A stretch of 64,000 nt of DNA, from assembly GCA_035489815.1 (NCBI GenBank), contig DATHJH010000005.1:20406-84405 (forward strand). The letters run 5' to 3'. The DNA is from Candidatus Limnocylindria bacterium (GTDB taxonomy: Bacteria > Patescibacteriota > Saccharimonadia > Saccharimonadales > JAGQNK01). Made by a program: the position numbers and the translations under genes. This document shows positions 61,620-64,000 of this stretch, piece by piece; position 1 is the stretch's first letter, and each line of letters starts with the position of its first letter. The notes under the pieces were generated by a model, which made no database searches, had not been told where the DNA came from, and saw only the letters and a list, made by a program, of their open reading frames with translations.

Positions 61620-62210
61620 TTACAATTCCTGGACAATACCCTTTACGTAGGCTTGGTCTTTAAAGGAATGGGGCGCTCCGGGCACTTCCACTAACTTGGC
61701 ATCTAGCGCCTTTGCCGTATCATGCGCCCGGGCAACAAGCTTGGGGAGCTTTTCCACTTCCTGTTCTCCGTACATAACAATCTTTTTTATTGGAAGCCTC
61801 TTTACGCTGGCAGCAAGCTGAGCCACCGAATACCTGGAAATATCTTCAAGCCGCCGCTTGCCAAGCCGCCCGAGATGCCTTTTTGTTGGCCATTCCTTGG
61901 CTGTATCTTCTGCAAAAAACGGTGACAATGAGCAAAGGATGATCTCATCAGGTCGAGCCTGAGCGGCCGTTATCAACGCAACTACCGCGCCAAACGAATT
62001 GCCAAGCACGATATTGTAGTCGCCTTTTTGTTTTAGATAAAATTCCAGGAGTTCACCAGCAAACTGTGAGGGCGTCTTTCGCCGCCATGAAACATCAATT
62101 GGAACTACCCTATAGCCTTTGGCGGCTATAGCATTTCTAAGAACCTCAAAGGGTTCATCTGCCGCGGTGTGGTGAATATTCATTCCGTTGATAACAAATA
62201 CCGTCTTCAC
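61620..62210 (-). CDS. alpha/beta hydrolase
   Basis: 196 aa. Nucleophile elbow GNSFG and a C-terminal His (PGAPHSF). Confidence 0.7.
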   Translation of the reverse strand: MKTVFVINGMNIHHTAADEPFEVLRNAIAAKGYRVVPIDVSWRRKTPSQFAGELLEFYLKQKGDYNIVLGNSFGAVVALITAAQARPDEIILCSLSPFFAEDTAKEWPTKRHLGRLGKRRLEDISRYSVAQLAASVKRLPIKKIVMYGEQEVEKLPKLVARAHDTAKALDAKLVEVPGAPHSFKDQAYVKGIVQEL

Positions 62211-62222
62211 CGTACGCCCCTA

Positions 62223-63593
62223 CTACACTTTCAAGTTCGCTGTCAGTTCTTCTATTTTGACACGGCTTTGTTCGGTTGTGTCGCGGTTGCGAACGGTTAC
62301 GGTGCCGTTTTCCAGTGTGTCAAAGTCTATGGTTACGCAGTATGGGGTGCCGATTTCGTCCTGGCGGCGGTAGCGCTTACCAATGTTGCCGTTGTCGTCG
62401 AACTCTACCATCATGTGCTGAGCTAGTATGGCGTAAACTTCACGCGCCTTGGCAACCAATTCCGGCTTGTTACGCAGCAACGGAAAGACAGCTGCCTTGA
62501 TGGGTGCGATGGATGGGTGCAGTTTTAGCACCGTGCGCTTTTCACCGTTGATTTCTTCTTCTGTGTAAGCATCGGTCAGAACAGCAAACAGCATACGGCC
62601 TACGCCGACAGAACTTTCTATGATGTGCGGGATATAGCGTTGGTTATTGGCCTGGTCAAAGTAGCTGAGGTCCTTGCCGCTACCCTTTTGGTGCTGGGTC
62701 AGGTCGTAGTCGCCGCGGGCGTGAACGCCTTCCAGTTCCTTGAACCCAAATGGATATTTGTATTCTATGTCGTAGGCTTCTTTGGCATAGAAGACCAGAT
62801 TTTCGTGTTTGTGCCACTGCAGGTTTTCCTCGCGGATGCCGATGGTTTTATAGAAATCCCAGCGATACTGTCGAAGCTTTTCATACTCTTCCATTTCTGC
62901 ATCTGGCGGCACGAAGTACTGCATTTCCATTTGCTCCAGTTCACGCGTACGGAAGATGAACTGCCGGGGGCTGATTTCGTTACGGAAGGCCTTACCAATC
63001 TGGGCAATACCAAACGGTACTTTGACGCGTGTGCTGTCTACGACGTTTGGAAAATTCACATAAATACCCTGACAGGTTTCACCGCGCAGGTATGATGGGT
63101 CCTGGTTGAAATCGTCGCTAAAGTTTCCTAGATTTGCTTTGACCAGCAGGTTAAAGTTCTTTACCTTGTCAAAGTCCTTTTTACCGCAGTTGGGACATTT
63201 GATTTCGCTGCGATGTTTGTTAAAAAGTTCGTTGATTTGTTCTTCAGACATCTTTTCGTCGGCCTGTTCGCCCAGTTCTTCCAGGGCGTGGTCGGCACGG
63301 ATGCGGAAATGGCAGTTTTTGCACTCTGCCAGCGGGTCGCTAAAGCCGCTGACGTGCCCGCTTGCCTTCCAGATATCCGGATGCATAAAAATACCACTGT
63401 CCAGGCCCACGATGTCTGGCCGCATTTGTACCATGTACTTCCACCAGGCAGCTTTTAGATTATTTGCCAGCTCTACGCCATAGGGGCCGTAGTCATAGAC
63501 CCCCCCGTAGCCGCCGTAGATTTCGCTGCTGGGAAATACAAACCCGCGGCGTTTTGCCAAAGAAACGATGTCATCCATTTTGATATCACTCAT
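62223..63593 (-). CDS. glyQS: glycine--tRNA ligase (alpha2 type)
   Basis: 456 aa. RRGFVFPSSEIYGG, class-II motifs (FRNEISPR, GVGRMLFA) and an anticodon-binding C-terminus. Confidence 0.95.
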   Translation of the reverse strand: MSDIKMDDIVSLAKRRGFVFPSSEIYGGYGGVYDYGPYGVELANNLKAAWWKYMVQMRPDIVGLDSGIFMHPDIWKASGHVSGFSDPLAECKNCHFRIRADHALEELGEQADEKMSEEQINELFNKHRSEIKCPNCGKKDFDKVKNFNLLVKANLGNFSDDFNQDPSYLRGETCQGIYVNFPNVVDSTRVKVPFGIAQIGKAFRNEISPRQFIFRTRELEQMEMQYFVPPDAEMEEYEKLRQYRWDFYKTIGIREENLQWHKHENLVFYAKEAYDIEYKYPFGFKELEGVHARGDYDLTQHQKGSGKDLSYFDQANNQRYIPHIIESSVGVGRMLFAVLTDAYTEEEINGEKRTVLKLHPSIAPIKAAVFPLLRNKPELVAKAREVYAILAQHMMVEFDDNGNIGKRYRRQDEIGTPYCVTIDFDTLENGTVTVRNRDTTEQSRVKIEELTANLKV

Positions 63594-63776
63594 ATATACC
63601 TTTCAGAAACTTACTAGCTATTAGATCAAAGAAAAGAGACAGGCCCAGGGCCACCATTTCGTATCGATCCAAAAACAGTCTGGGAAATAAGTGTCCTCAT
63701 TTGGGTTTTAGTATACCTTTTCATGGGTACAATTAACAGAGGAGCGTAGAACCCGTGCCAAACTTCCTGCCAATTC

Positions 63777-63807
63777 CTAAGAACCCATCCAGGAGAAAGG
63801 GTCTTAG
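63777..63807. repeat. collapsed IS-end remnant (both terminal repeats, no interior)
   Basis: ctaagaacccatcca (15/15 identical to the IS left end) followed 7 nt later by gggtcttag, which resembles the right end. Confidence 0.5.
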
Positions 63808-63830
63808 AAAGTCAGTCCGGGTCTCGCTCT

Positions 63831-64000
63831 TTAGTCTTTAGATTTGAAGGGTTCAATTTGAGGCGGCAGTTCGTTCTGGCCTGTCAGGTCTGAAGGCAGT
63901 TCAGGATCCTGGGGTAATTCTTTGATAGTGGGGAGGCCTAAGACACCCGGTCTCAAGCCCCGTAGCCTGGTTAGTTGCTCGGGCAGTAATGCCTCTGACA
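63831..64000 (-). CDS. C-terminal 55 codons of a gene continuing beyond the right edge
   Basis: Hand translation of the minus strand: ...SEALLPEQLTRLRGLRPGVLGLPTIKELPQDPELPSDLTGQNELPPQIEPFKSKD, stop at 63831-63833. Identity unknown. Confidence 0.3.
   Translation of the reverse strand, partial: SEALLPEQLTRLRGLRPGVLGLPTIKELPQDPELPSDLTGQNELPPQIEPFKSKD

Noticed and set aside
63594-63830. T-box leader upstream of glyQS (aaatggtggccctggg resembles the T-box GGUGG.ACC core).
   Set aside because: There is no AGAGA or GNUGA stem-I elements and no specifier-loop context. The candidate terminator (ggccc-t-gggcc) has an impossible 1-nt loop. The leader would also be too short.

Overview
This is a 64-kb chromosomal window from a compact, gene-dense bacterium. 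The gene content suggests a reduced-genome Patescibacteria/CPR organism, possibly Saccharibacteria-like, but that is inference only. No rRNA gene, CRISPR array or integrase was seen. Nothing was computed: coordinates of non-ORF features were hand-counted, and protein calls rest on motifs read in the supplied translations.

Housekeeping genes:
- gltX, der, pth, dprA, topA, rnhA, glyQS and an RsuA/RluB-type pseudouridine synthase.
- A minimal dcw cluster, mraZ-rsmH-ftsL-ftsI-mraY-ftsW-murG-ftsQ, with no mur ligases and no ftsA/ftsZ.
- Three histidine kinases, two receiver proteins and one tRNA-Glu(CUC).

Accessory material:
1. An IS5-family element with a doubly frameshifted transposase, plus a 195-bp MITE-like derivative and a solo-end remnant.
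2. A visibly A+T-richer island next to tRNA-Glu. It carries a HEPN gene pair, a Shedu-like (DUF4263-type) three-gene operon, brnTA and a Fic protein. It is punctuated by tRNA-derived fragments and by about 150-nt structured repeats whose hairpins co-vary.
3. A umuD'-like/umuC-like pair in which the UmuD homolog lacks the catalytic Ser/Lys.
4. A GH30-CBM/GH1/cupredoxin/flavodoxin cluster.
5. A minus-strand block of uncharacterised, mostly acidic proteins ending in a Pif1/RecD-like helicase. This is my best candidate for an undescribed system.
6. A family of nested palindromic intergenic repeats.
7. Three unusually long non-coding stretches (about 0.84, 0.78 and 0.57 kb), one of them densely structured.
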